From: Macrostomum lignano
Taxonomy: Eukaryota
Assembly (NCBI GenBank): GCA_002269645.1
Contig: NIVC01001604.1
Span: 124,001 to 188,000 of the forward strand
DNA length: 64,000 nt
Direction: 5' to 3'
The notes beneath the pieces were generated by a model. That model worked only from the letters and a program-made list of their open reading frames with translations. It made no database searches and was not told where the DNA came from. Numbering within the stretch: the stretch's first letter is position 1; each line of letters begins with the position of its first letter. Both the position numbers and the translations under genes were made by a program. This document shows, one piece after another, positions 1 to 11,430 of this stretch.

Positions 1-2600
1 GGAGGCGGCGGCGGCGGTGGCGGACTTTCGGGCGCCGGCATGCCGCTGCTGCTTCTGTGGTGCTGGTGATGCCGATGACTGTCCCGCTGCTGAGGCTGCT
101 GTTGCTGCTGTACCTGCTCCATGCTCTGACTGCGCACTGTCCTGGGCGGAGGTCGCAGCGGCACGGGAGCCGAGCCAGACGCGGGCGACATCTCTGGCAA
201 AGTGTCGGCTGGAGAGGGCGGCACTGAAAATCATTGAATTCGGTTCGGTGTTGGGCGTGTTGGACAGAACTCAGATACAATAATGGCCTTTTGTTGAAGC
301 TTTCGGTAAGATGACGGACGGAACAATCAAGCACTTCGCTCAAGAGACTCTAATCGTATTTATTCAATATTACACGCCTGGCTCGGAGCAACCATGACAC
401 ACCCTGACACAAATAGTATTGACACCATGCCACAACACCCTGACCCACAACTCCCTGACCCACAACACTCTGACCCACAACTCTCTGACCCACAACACTC
501 TGACCCACAACTCCCTGACCCACAACTCCCTGACCCACAACACCCTGACCCACAACACCCTGACCCACAACACTGACCTACAACACCCTGACCCACAACA
601 CTGACCCACAACACCCTGACCCACAACACCCTGACCCACAACACCCTGACCCACAACACTGACCCACAACACCCTGACCCACAACACTGACCCACAACAC
701 TCTGACCCACAATACCGACCCACAACACACTGACCCACAACACTGACCCACAACACCCTGCCCACAACACCCTGACCCAGAGTCCACCAACCATCTTCCA
801 CCAGCGCATCTCGGATAGCCTTGAGGCTGGCGTACAGCTCGGCAAAGGCGGGCCGCTGGTCCGGCTCCCAGCGCCAGCAGCGCAGCATGAGCTGGTAGAC
901 GCTGTCCGGACAGACGGGTGGCTTGTCCATCCGGTAGCCGCTCTCCAACAGCTGGTAGACTTCGGTGAGCTCAACCTTAGGATAGGGCGAGCAGCCGTAG
1001 GTGGCGATCTCCCATAGCAACACGCCAAAGGACCAGACGTCGGAGCGCGTGTCGAACTGGTTGTAGGCCAGGCCCTCGGGCGCCGTCCACTTGATGGGGA
1101 ACTTGGCGCCCTGGTGCGCCACGTAGGGGCTGTCGCGGTCCAGCAGGCGGGTGAGGCCGAAGTCCGCCACCTTCACAACGTAGCCCTCGCCAACCAGGCA
1201 GTTTCTGGCCGCCAGATCGCGGTGAACGAAGCAGTGCTGCTCCAGGTAGGCCATGCCGTTGGCAATCTGGGTGGCCATGTAAAGCAAGGTGTAGGGCGGC
1301 AGCTCCAGCCGGTGGGTACGCAAGAACTCCAGTAGGCTGCCGTGCGCCATGTACTCCGTGATGATGTAGAAGGGCGGCTCGGCGGTGCACACGCCTGCGG
1401 TGCGGAAATTATTTATTTGCAGACTTTTAGCGGGCCTTCAGTGCGCTGCTGCCCCCCCCCCGAACTTCAGTGAGCCACTGCTGCCCCCCCCCGAACTTCA
1501 GTAAGCCGCTGCTGCCCCCCCCCCGAACTTCAGTCACCCGCTGCTGCCCCCCACCAGAACTTCAGTGACCCGCTGCTGCCCCCCAGAACTTCAGTGACCC
1601 GCTGCTGCCCCCCCCCCAGAACTTCAGTGACCCGCTGCTGCCCCCCCCCAGAACTTCAGTGACCCGCTGCTGCCCCCAGAACTTCAGTGACCCGCTGCTG
1701 CCCCCCCCTCCGAACTTCAGTGACCCGCTGCTGCCCCCCCGAACTTCAGTGAGCCGCTGCTGCCCCCCCCCCGAACTTCAGTGAGCCGCTGCTGCCCCCC
1801 CGAACTTCAGTGAGCCGCTGCTACCCCCCCCCAACTTAGGTGAGCCGCTGCTCCCTCCCCCTCCCCGACCTTCAGTGACCCGCTGCTGCCCCCCCCCGAC
1901 CTTCAGTGACCCGCTGCTCCCCCACAGACTCGTTTCTCTAATCTCTAAATTGATTTTATCTGTCTGAAAGTTTATTTGAAAAAACTACGAGCACTCTTTG
2001 GCTGCCCAAGTAATCAAAGAATAAAAAGTAACATTTAAAAAAGCACAAACAGCAATGGCGACAGGCAGACTCACCAAGAAGCTGCACCAGATTTTGATGC
2101 TCCATCCGCTTCATCATCTGAGCCTCGGCCAGAAACTCGTTCACTTTCATAGCCATGTCCTCCTGCGATAGCAGATCAGAAGGCGGGTATTGGATTCTGG
2201 AGACCTGAATTATTCACAGCTTGCAGCGCAACCTCCTGGGGTCTCTGGTCCCAGAATCTCGGCCAGATCCCGGATCCCCGTAGCAGGGGAGCGGGGGAGC
2301 GAGACCAGATAAGCATCTCCCCAGCTGCCCCGGACCAAAAAATCTTCATCGCAGCTCAAGGCAATCGAATCTCAAGAAATCCCCCCCTCCGTATTGAGCC
2401 GCTGAAGCTGGAGGGAGAAGCCGGGCCAGCTGATTACGCAATAGCTTGAGCACCACACAGACTGGGGGCCTGCCAGCATTCTGAGAAACTAACAGAAAGG
2501 AAAAGTTAGCAAAAAATAATTCCCTATTATTCCGTGGGAATCGTGCCTGGACAGACAGACAGAGAGATAGACAGACAGACACTAAGACAGACAGACAGGC

Positions 2601-2687
<87 letters not shown>

Positions 2688-2696
2688 TAGGCAGGC

Positions 2697-2791
<95 letters not shown>

Positions 2792-2824
2792 GAGATAGAC
2801 AGACAGACAGAGAGATAGACAGAC

Positions 2825-2907
<83 letters not shown>

Positions 2908-3762
2908 CTAAGACAGACAGACAGACAGACACTAAGACAGACAGACAGACAGACACTAAGACAGACAGACAGACAGACTCAAAGCTCACTTTGATGGTTT
3001 TGACAGCCACGGTGGGGCAGCCGGCCGCGCCGCCCCGCTTCCACACGGCCTGGTAGACGTCACCGTACTGTCCGGCGCCCAGCTTCTGCTTCATAGCCAG
3101 CTCCGTCCGGTCCACCTCCCAGCTGTCCTCGCCGCTGGCGGCGGATCGGAAGGCCGCCCGCAGCCGCTTCGGCGCCGGGTAGAGCAGGCAGCAGACGATG
3201 CCGTCCGGCACCCGAGCGTGGTGCTGCACCAGCTGGTAGACGGTGGGAAAGGCCCGCTCGGCAATGATAAAGTACATGGCGTCGCCGGAGTCCTCCTGGC
3301 CGGTGCGGCAGACTCTGTAGTGATAGACCTCGCCGTTGAAGCGCAGGCTGATGCTCATCTGGCCGGGCTCGGACTCGCTGTCCCGCACCAGGAAGCTGCC
3401 GTTGATGCCGGAGGCCAGCAGGTACTCAGCCGTGCGCCGGCTGATCTGGCCGTGGTACCAGGCGAACAGCTCCATGTTGGTGGGCGGCACCACGTAGTTG
3501 GCGGGCACCCAGCCGCAGACGGCCGCGCCGCCGCCAGCCGGCAGCGGGTTCTCCACCTCCATCCATTCGCCGGAGTCGTTCAGCGCCCTGAACCGCAGCT
3601 GCTCGCCCTTCCGGATGCTCAGGAAGCCCTCGGCTGTGGCGCTGAAGTCGTGGATGGCCACCAGGGTGTCATTCTCGCGCAGCGGGGCGGCCGTCTCGTG
3701 CAGGAACGAGAAGCAGGTGTTGCCGGCAAAGTCCAGCGGGGCGGCGCTCACCGACCAGTCGT
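1..3762 (-). CDS. abl: Abl-family non-receptor tyrosine kinase (SH3-SH2-kinase, then Pro/Gln-rich tail); partial, exons 3762-2990, 2162-2075, 1394-792, 223-<1
   Basis: SH3 (VAIHDF...GWVPANY), SH2 ([40 protein letters not shown]), kinase ([41 protein letters not shown]). GT-AG junctions join in phase (exons 773, 88 and 603 nt). Start exon not found; the 3' part runs off the window. Confidence 0.93.
395..780. repeat. Minisatellite, 17-20-bp unit (ACCCTGACCCACAACAC) in an Abl intron
   Basis: Tandem copies visible, starting about 12 nt from the donor at 791. Confidence 0.95.
1435..1925. repeat. Minisatellite, about 30-bp unit (GAACTTCAGTGACCCGCTGCTGC(C)n) in an Abl intron
   Basis: Tandem copies with variable C-run length, ending about 40 nt from the acceptor at 1395. 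Confidence 0.95.
2549..2978. repeat. (GACA)n microsatellite in an Abl intron
   Basis: Long GACA run with interspersed ACTAA variants, beginning about 10 nt after the donor. Confidence 0.97.
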
Positions 3763-4048
3763 CTGGGAGGGGTGGAGTTTGTGAATTTGAATGCTGAATG
3801 ATTGACATTTTGATGGAATTCACACAACTTTTGCATGTAAAATAATGCCAATTTATAAGTAAATTATTATAAGATCCATACTTTTCAGCGTGCACAAATT
3901 TGTGCTTTGTGGCATCATTGTTAAAATAGGAAATTTATGATTTAATAAAAGGCTAAAATTGTGAAATTATCATCTAAAAATAGTAAAATATGTTTTAATA
4001 TTATTGATTAAACATTAATCTAAAAATAAGAGTTTATAATACTGATAA

Positions 4049-4071
4049 TCTCTACCTATAAAAATCAAAAC

Positions 4072-4104
<33 letters not shown>

Positions 4105-4730
4105 GGACAAATTACTTCGCTATGGACTCCCAAACCGCTCAACCAAATGACACCAAACTTTACACCCACCCTAAACTTACTACGGAGAATGTCTTAGGCT
4201 ACCTTTTAATTTCCTAGACTCAAGTCTTCCTACCTAAAAGTACAAAAAACTGCTCAAAATGCGCGATTTTTTAACTAAATCCTCCATAGCGCCGCTCCAC
4301 TTCTACCGATTCTCTTCAAATTTGACACAGGCAATTTTCAACTATTTTGACACAATCGTGTAAAATTTCAAATCTCAAAGTTAATCCTGAAAGCCGCTGT
4401 GCACTTTTAAAGTTAGGCTGTTTTTTTCAGCGAGGCAGCCACCCCAACCTCCGCCCGCCTGCCTCTCTTTCCCGATCTGGGCCCAGATGTGTAAAAGGGT
4501 TTCAAAATTGACTAACTTTCAGTTGCCATAAGTTTGCTCCACGTGAAGCTCCACGACTTCTAACTTAACACAATTCTTCTTTGATTCATTCTCTGTCTAA
4601 ATGTAAAGTTTCAACTCTCTAACTCAATCAGAACAGAAACTGTAAGCATGTGAAGTTTGTCTGCTTTTTCTGTTGTTTGTGCCACTCACTCACTCATTCC
4701 CCCAGAGCCAGACGAAGGGTCAGGCAATAG
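4049..4730 (+). mobile_element. Possible non-autonomous Helitron-like element
   Basis: Begins A|TC (TCTCTACCTATAAAAATC) followed by (CTGT)n, a layout typical of non-autonomous Helitron/Helentron derivatives. Ends in a GC-rich segment and CAATAG, not a canonical CTRR. Confidence 0.3.
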
Positions 4731-5329
4731 GACTGAATGTACATAGCGAATGTACAGTGTTTTGGAATGACTTTATTTATAGCCTTCTCTGCACCCCGAG
4801 AGTGGAGAGGCTACGTTTAGCCATAACAGTTTAGTGAGAAATTCTAACCACTGCCCTCCCCTCTGTATTGGCAAACTCTGCAGCAGTTTAACAGTGGATG
4901 GCAATTGACAAATCGAGGGAATCCAGCAAAAAAGCGAAAGCGAAAAGCGGTTTGTAAAAGCGAAAGATTTATGAAAAGGAGATGCGATGCAATGCACAAT
5001 GCAATACAACCCTACTAAATTAGGCACACCATGGAAATTTTAGGTTTCTTTTAAAAGTAGTGTGTAAATTTTAAAGGGCCTCCTAAGAAATGCGTATTTC
5101 CTTGGTTGTTAGACTGATGCAGACTGCAGTGGAGCTGAAGATACACAAATTCCTTTCAGGGCTGCAAATTGGCAAGAAAGATGACGTGATCAAAGCATGA
5201 GAATAACGATGAGAGTAGTACGTCCCACAAACTGGCTTTCGAAGCAGTGATCGGCAGACTTTTACTTCAAAAGCCAGAAAAAGAATCCAGCTTATGTGCG
5301 GGCCAGATGAGAGTGGAAAGGAAAAGGAA

Positions 5330-5567
5330 TAGACTATTAGAAGAGAGGAGAGGCGGGACGGGGATAAGAGAAAACATGGAAGATAAGAGGAGAGACAAGT
5401 GGTGAGGAGAGAGCGGAGAAGAAGGGAGGAAGAAGCGAGAGGAGGGGAGAAAGGAGGGAGAGGAAAGAGTAAAGGTGAGAAGAGGGGAGAGATGAGACAG
5501 AGGATCGATGAGAGGAGAGTAAAGAAGAGTGAGAAGAGAGTAGAGATGAGAGAGCAGAAAGAAGATG
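5330..5567. repeat. GA-rich low-complexity tract, left part (interrupted by the Chapaev insertion)
   Basis: Purine-only degenerate (GA)n that continues at 9458 after the transposon. Confidence 0.85.
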
Positions 5568-8500
5568 CACGCCTCCCCTGAAGAGAGAGTTTGGTCAATG
5601 AAATATACCCTAAAAAATATTTATTTCCCATGAATCTATGACCCAACAGAAGTCCAAAAAAGCAATAGTTGAAATCCTATCGCATTGTCTGCATAGTGTA
5701 CAGGTATGCTAATTAGTACAGTGATTTTTAGTACCAGGTAGGTACTACAAGAAGAACAAGAAGGTCTGAGAGAACATGGCAACCATCCTGCAGCGGCGAG
5801 GATGCTGAAGCAAGGTGGAATTTACGTTTCTGTTCATTCTCTGTCACTTATGGTTCATTAATAGTATTTTTATTACCTGTCCATACCTGTGTACACCTGA
5901 AAATTATGTTTTTGCATACTATATTGTGCTGAATTCACACCAGGGCGTGTATCTTCACACTAATCATTGTACGAGCATATTTACATGTATATGCTCGTGG
6001 CTCAAAATAAATTGAATTCAATATTCTGGCTGCAGACTTTTCTTTCTGTTTCAATAAGCTATTTGGACCACAGACATCTCCAGATGATGAGGCAGTCAGA
6101 ACTAGGAGACAAGTTAATTCCAGTGTTTTCTTTAGAACAAAAAGAAATAGCAAGCAGCAGCTGCTACACTTTTACTAAACTTTTACTGAAATTAAAGTTA
6201 CTGTAAGTGAGACAACTAGCTATGAAAATGAAAAGGGTATATTTTGAGTGAGATACTCTAGGTCGACATTTATAAGCTGAGTGAAAGCGTACAATACACG
6301 ATTGAGTGTGATATGGGGTGGGGCGATCAATAATTTGGGGGAATGTACGTATGAGCTACATAAATATGCATGCAATATATTAGACTAATTGAGCGTGCAG
6401 GTAGAAATACAAGAAAGAATAATAAAAAAATACCGCGACACTGGCTGCTCCAGAACAATGCCAAACAACAAGCGCTCACATGAAGAAAATCGAAGATGTG
6501 TGTGCATATTGTGCTTTCGGAAGGGAGACCGACCGCTGACAGCCACTCTTGAAGCGCTGATTGAATGCCATGTGCTGCCAGGCTTCGCTGACCATCGTGG
6601 ATTTCTGCCTTTAAGCATCTGCAACTCCTGCAGAATCAAGCTGATGTCACAAAGCAGCCCTGCACCAACACCTCTGCCGCCAAAAATGCCCTACGAGCAA
6701 GTTATTGCAGATCTGCGCTGTCTTCCGCCACTCACTCGCGAACGCCCCGATTGCAACTGCTGGGTGTGCCATGTGGGCTCCAGCAGAGCCAACAAGAATG
6801 TGGCTGTATATCACCCTTTCATGCCAGATGAGTCTGCTGCTGGTATTGCGACGCCACTTGGTCGCCCTCCAAATAAGGCACCTGGGCCGATGGGAGACAG
6901 TGTCGTCAAACGCTGTGAGACGTGCTCATCGCCAGTGGCACGTGGATTGAGGCACCAGTGTGGACAGGCGGCAAAACTGCGCTATCTTGATGCCCTAAGC
7001 CCCTACTCAAGGGAGCACGTAGCCTGCGGTCTTCTGCGTGAGAAGCTGGGTGTAGCCACCTCTTCTGGCTCCTTAGCAACTGCAAGCCTGACTTCTGGCA
7101 CAGGTGGGCGCCCACTCCAAGTTCAAGTGGCTGGTACATCAACTACCGAGATTGCGTCGGTTCAGCATAGCACTATGCGAGCCGTAAAGACTGCACTCAA
7201 CCTCAGCACCAGTCAGACGCTACGTGCGGCTCAAGTGATCAGAGAAGCGTCCGGCAGCAAAAAGGCCGTGCAGTCTGGGCTGAAGGAGTTTCTGTTTGCT
7301 GAAGGTCAGAGTGTCGCCAAGTTTTTTACAGCTGAGCAGCGGCATTTTTTCCGCAAACAGCCTAATGGACAAGAGTGTGTGATCGAACGGTCTGTCGTGT
7401 TCTTCCGGGATGTATACGCTTTTCTGGCGCATGTCAGTAACTCGAGAGGCACTGCTGAGATGCACCAGAGAGTGAAACTTGCGATTGATGGAGGAGGCAA
7501 TTCCTTAAAGGTGTGCGTCAGCGTTACCGTGGATGGCAGAGGATGCACTTCGTCTGCCCAACTTAACCGATTTATGGACTCTGGAGTGAAAAAGATCCTC
7601 ATCCTGGCCCTTGTTGAGGATGTCAAAGAATGCTACCAGAACGTTAGTGTACTAATGTCAACCATCGACATCAGCTCCATTAACTTCACGTTGGCCTGCG
7701 ATTTTAAACTGGCAAACATAATCAGCGGGATCCAGAGCCATTCTTCATCGCATCCCTGCCTGTACTGTGAGGGCAGGCCTCCATGGGAAGTACCAGCACA
7801 AAGGAGGACGCTCGGCTCAATTCGACACCTGGCAAGTGAGTTTCAGGCAGCTGGTGGACACCAGCCTCTAGCCAAAAACTTTGCCAACTGCGTCCAGCCT
7901 CCACTGCTACCTGGGAGCGATTCTGCTGAACTGCTGGACGTGGTACCACCGCCAGAGCTGCACATGATGCTTGGCATTGTGAACCGATTGCTTGATGCTC
8001 TCAATGCAAGCTGGGGTGGCAACAAGGCCTACGAGTGGGCCTATGAAGCAGGCATCTGCAGGCAGCAGTATCATGGAGGTTGCCTGGAGGGCCCAGCGTG
8101 CAAAAAGCTCCTTCTGAAGGCGAGTGAGCTGTGGAGCGTGCTGCCTCCACACCTGAAGCTCTACGCAACAGCATTTCAAGACTTCAACGCTGTGCGCGAA
8201 GCTTGCTTTGGCCAAAGTCTGGCAGCTGATTACAGTCTCTACATTGCTCGCTTCCAGACGACATGTAGGTACCTCGAGCTTTCAGTTACGCCAAAGATGC
8301 ACGCGCTTTTTGACCATGTGCCAGCGTTCTGCGGCAAGTATGGCAAGGGGCTTGGCAGCTTTAGTGAACAGGCTGTTGAATCAGCCCACAGTGACTTCGA
8401 AGCCACCTAGCAGCGCTATAAGCGCCCCCTAAATCATCCTCAGTATAGCACGTGTCTACTGCAATCCATCATAAACTATAATTCATTTCACATCTGAGCC

Positions 8501-9457
8501 AAATATGTCATAACTTGTAACTTGCAAATTCCAATTTACTACTGCCAAGATAACTACAAGTAAACTGTTGAAAAAAGTAGTTAGTAGTTAGTACATTGGT
8601 TTTGCTGTTACATTCAATGCTTGTATTTTGACAACCCACTAAACTCGTATGTTTGTATTGGGTAAAGCGGAAAGTTGTCGCAGGTTTTAAGGCCTTCTAT
8701 GAAATGAAGTGCTTGAAGTACATGTAATGGTACTGTATCACAGTAGCTGGAACTTGAATTCGGGTTTGCTCTACATCAGTCAATGCATGTCTTTTTTATT
8801 CTGCAGCACACAAGGCTTCCAGAAATTCTGTAGGCTTATCTTCGCAAATTGCAAGAACTTTCTGTTTTACTAAATATTGTACTAGCTTTAACAACTATTC
8901 TAGCTATTTTACTCTAGTTATTCTACCCGTGTAGTCATTTGCCGCCAAAATAAGCTTGTAATTCCCAATGACCTCTGCTTATGCTTTCTGTTTTTGCGAA
9001 ACTTTTCTCTCTTCAATAGTTACTGGCTTTGTTTTGACTCTCAGTGCCAGTCTATCGCTGCACTGCTCCAAAAACTTTAAAAAATTGAAAACGTTACTAG
9101 GAAAACACAAGCTCCATGTGTAAATTAATCTCAGTCAGGTATGGACAGGTAATAAAAATACTATTAATGAACCATTAGTGACAGAGAATGAACAGAAACG
9201 TAAATTCTACCTTGTTTTAGCATTTTCGTTGCTGCAGGATGGTTGCCATGTTCTCTCAGACCTTCTTGTTCTTCTTGTAGTACCTACCTGGTACTAAAAA
9301 TCACTGTACTAATTAGCATACCTGTACACTATGCAGACAATGCGATAGGATTTCAACTATTGCTTTTTTGGACTTCTGTTGGGTCATAGATTCATGGGAA
9401 ATCAATATTTTTTAGGGTATATTTCATTGACCAAACTCTCTCTTCAGGGGAGGCGTG
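5568..9457 (+). mobile_element. Chapaev (CMC supergroup) DNA transposon, full length, 3890 bp
   Basis: TIRs at 5568-5889 and 9136-9457 (322 bp each), termini CAC...GTG, 4-bp TSD GATG (5564-5567 and 9458-9461), internal transposase. The 4-bp TSD with CAC/GTG ends is the described Chapaev signature. Confidence 0.9.
6458..8410 (+). CDS. Chapaev DDE transposase (Chapa zinc-finger N-terminus); TAG at 8408-8410 probably premature, frame continues to TGA 8495-8497
   Basis: First ATG at 6458. N-terminal H-x7-C-x2-C-x31-P-x3-C-x2-C (HEENRRCVCILC...PLSICNSC); catalytic-like LAIDGGG, ACDFKL, PELH, KMHALFDH, SEQAVESAH. Confidence 0.85.
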   Translation: MPNNKRSHEENRRCVCILCFRKGDRPLTATLEALIECHVLPGFADHRGFLPLSICNSCRIKLMSQSSPAPTPLPPKMPYEQVIADLRCLPPLTRERPDCNCWVCHVGSSRANKNVAVYHPFMPDESAAGIATPLGRPPNKAPGPMGDSVVKRCETCSSPVARGLRHQCGQAAKLRYLDALSPYSREHVACGLLREKLGVATSSGSLATASLTSGTGGRPLQVQVAGTSTTEIASVQHSTMRAVKTALNLSTSQTLRAAQVIREASGSKKAVQSGLKEFLFAEGQSVAKFFTAEQRHFFRKQPNGQECVIERSVVFFRDVYAFLAHVSNSRGTAEMHQRVKLAIDGGGNSLKVCVSVTVDGRGCTSSAQLNRFMDSGVKKILILALVEDVKECYQNVSVLMSTIDISSINFTLACDFKLANIISGIQSHSSSHPCLYCEGRPPWEVPAQRRTLGSIRHLASEFQAAGGHQPLAKNFANCVQPPLLPGSDSAELLDVVPPPELHMMLGIVNRLLDALNASWGGNKAYEWAYEAGICRQQYHGGCLEGPACKKLLLKASELWSVLPPHLKLYATAFQDFNAVREACFGQSLAADYSLYIARFQTTCRYLELSVTPKMHALFDHVPAFCGKYGKGLGSFSEQAVESAHSDFEAT

Positions 9458-10016
9458 GATGACAGAGGGTCAAGAGGAGAGGAGAGATTAGAGAGGAGAG
9501 AGTAGAAAGCATAGAGAAGAGAGGAGATAAGAGGGGGAGAGAGGAGTGAGAAGAGAAGAGATAGAGATAAGAGAGGGGTGTAAGAAGAGGGGAGAAAGGA
9601 GAGATGAGATTGTAGAGATGAGACAGATTAAAGGAGAGATGAGAGAGTAAAGATGAGAGATGAAAAAGGTGAGAGGAGAGTGCAGAGAGACGAGAGAAGA
9701 TAATAGAGGAGAGAGAGTATAGAAGAGGGAAGAGAAAAGAAGAGAGGAGTAAGGAAAGAGAGGAGTCAGAAGAGGTGAAAGAGAAGAGTACAGAGGAGAT
9801 AAGTGGGAGAACGTATAATAGAGTAAAGTTGACAGATGAGAGAGCAGGGATGAGGGTGAACAGACGAGAGATGGGAGAGTAGAGAGAACAGAGGAGAGAT
9901 AAGAGCGAAGAGATTACAGAGACTAGAGGAGAGAGGAGAGACAGGGAGAGAGAAGAGGAAATATGAGAAAGAAGAGGGGAGAGAGTAGAGAGGAGAAGAG
10001 AGATGGGAGAGGAGAG

Positions 10017-10100
<84 letters not shown>

Positions 10101-10690
10101 AGAGCAGAGCAGAGAGAAACGAGAAGAGATAAGAGAGAAAAGATAAAAGAAGAGAAAGAAGAGATGAAAACGCAGACGAGAGAAGTGAGGGAAGAGACGA
10201 GCGACGAGGGGAGAGAGGAGAGAGAGAGAGGAAAGAGTAGAGAGGAGAGATGAGAGAGTAGAGAAGAGAGTTAAGAGAAGAGAGAAAAGAATAGAGAGGA
10301 GAAGGAAGAGACGAGAAAAGAGGGGGAGAGAGGAGAGAGGAGAGGAGAGAGAAAAGAAGAGGGAAGAGATGAGATAACAGATATGAAAGAGAAGAGAGAT
10401 AAGGGAAGATACGAAAGAAGATAGGAGAGAAGAGAGGAGAGAGAAAACGAAAGAGTAGAGAGGAGAGAGGAGAGGAGAGAGAAGACGAAAAGTAGAGAGG
10501 AGAGAGAGAGGAAAGAGGAGAGAGAAGAGACAAGATATGAGATAAGAGAGATGAAAGAGAAGAGAGATGAGGGAAGATACGAGAGAAGAGAGAGGAGAGA
10601 GGAGAGACGAGGGACGAGAGAGAAGAGAGGAAACAGAAGAGACGATAGAAATTTTAAAGGATCTAAGGGACGTAGGGAGAGTCAGGGAGA
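9458..10690. repeat. GA-rich low-complexity tract including perfect (GA)n at about 10020-10098
   Basis: Purine-only sequence visible. Confidence 0.93.
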
Positions 10691-11154
10691 GGCTAGAGTT
10701 TGCCAATACATGTTTTAGAGTCAGACAGACATTGCCTGACATTCTTCGGAGTACCCCAGCCAACAATATCAATGTTTGCCTCAAACCCTAATTTTACACG
10801 AATGTGCTCCATTTTATGTCTACCTCTATCCTACGAACTATTAACAAGTTTTTGTTTGTTTATGGCCTTAGATTTCAGAATACATGCAAAAGTAGTTCCG
10901 GGGATTGGAATTCCCCGGGTCCAAAATCCGCGGGTTTCAACAGCTTGTGTTCTTATATAAAAACAATGAAATCATTATGCAAGTATAAAGTCTTAATATG
11001 GGACTGGCATTAATTTAAAAAACACTATTTTTATATTGATACATAGAATGCATTAGTCATTACTATGTCAGTCTATATACTATAAATAAAACCATAATTA
11101 TAAATCTTATCAATATATTCATTATTAATGCATTAGGGCATTAGGCAAAAGTTT

Positions 11155-11430
11155 TTTGAGTTTGAAATACCATGCAGATATACATAGCTGTGCTGAGTTT
11201 GAAATACCATGCAGATATACATAGCTGTGCTGAGTTTGAAATACCATGCAGATATACATAGCTGTGCTGAGTTTGAAATACCATGCAGATATACATAGCT
11301 GTGCTGAGTTTGAAATACCATGCAGATGTACATAGCTGTGCTGAGTTTGAAATACCATGCAGATATACATAGCTGTGCTGAGTTTGAAATACCATGCAGA
11401 TATACATAGCTGTGCAGATATACATAGCAG
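11155..11430. repeat. 37-bp tandem repeat (GCTGAGTTTGAAATACCATGCAGATATACATAGCTGT), about 7 copies
   Basis: Near-identical tandem copies. Confidence 0.95.

Noticed and set aside
17-283. Plus-strand 88-aa ORF
   Set aside because: It is the antisense shadow of the in-phase Abl exon 223-1.
5568-9457. Transib/ProtoRAG or CACTA assignment for the CAC-ended transposon
   Set aside because: The TSD is 4 bp (the 5-bp flanks AGATG and GATGA differ), there is no RAG2-like ORF or RSS heptamer-nonamer, and the ends are CACG rather than CACTA; the Chapa motif fits Chapaev.
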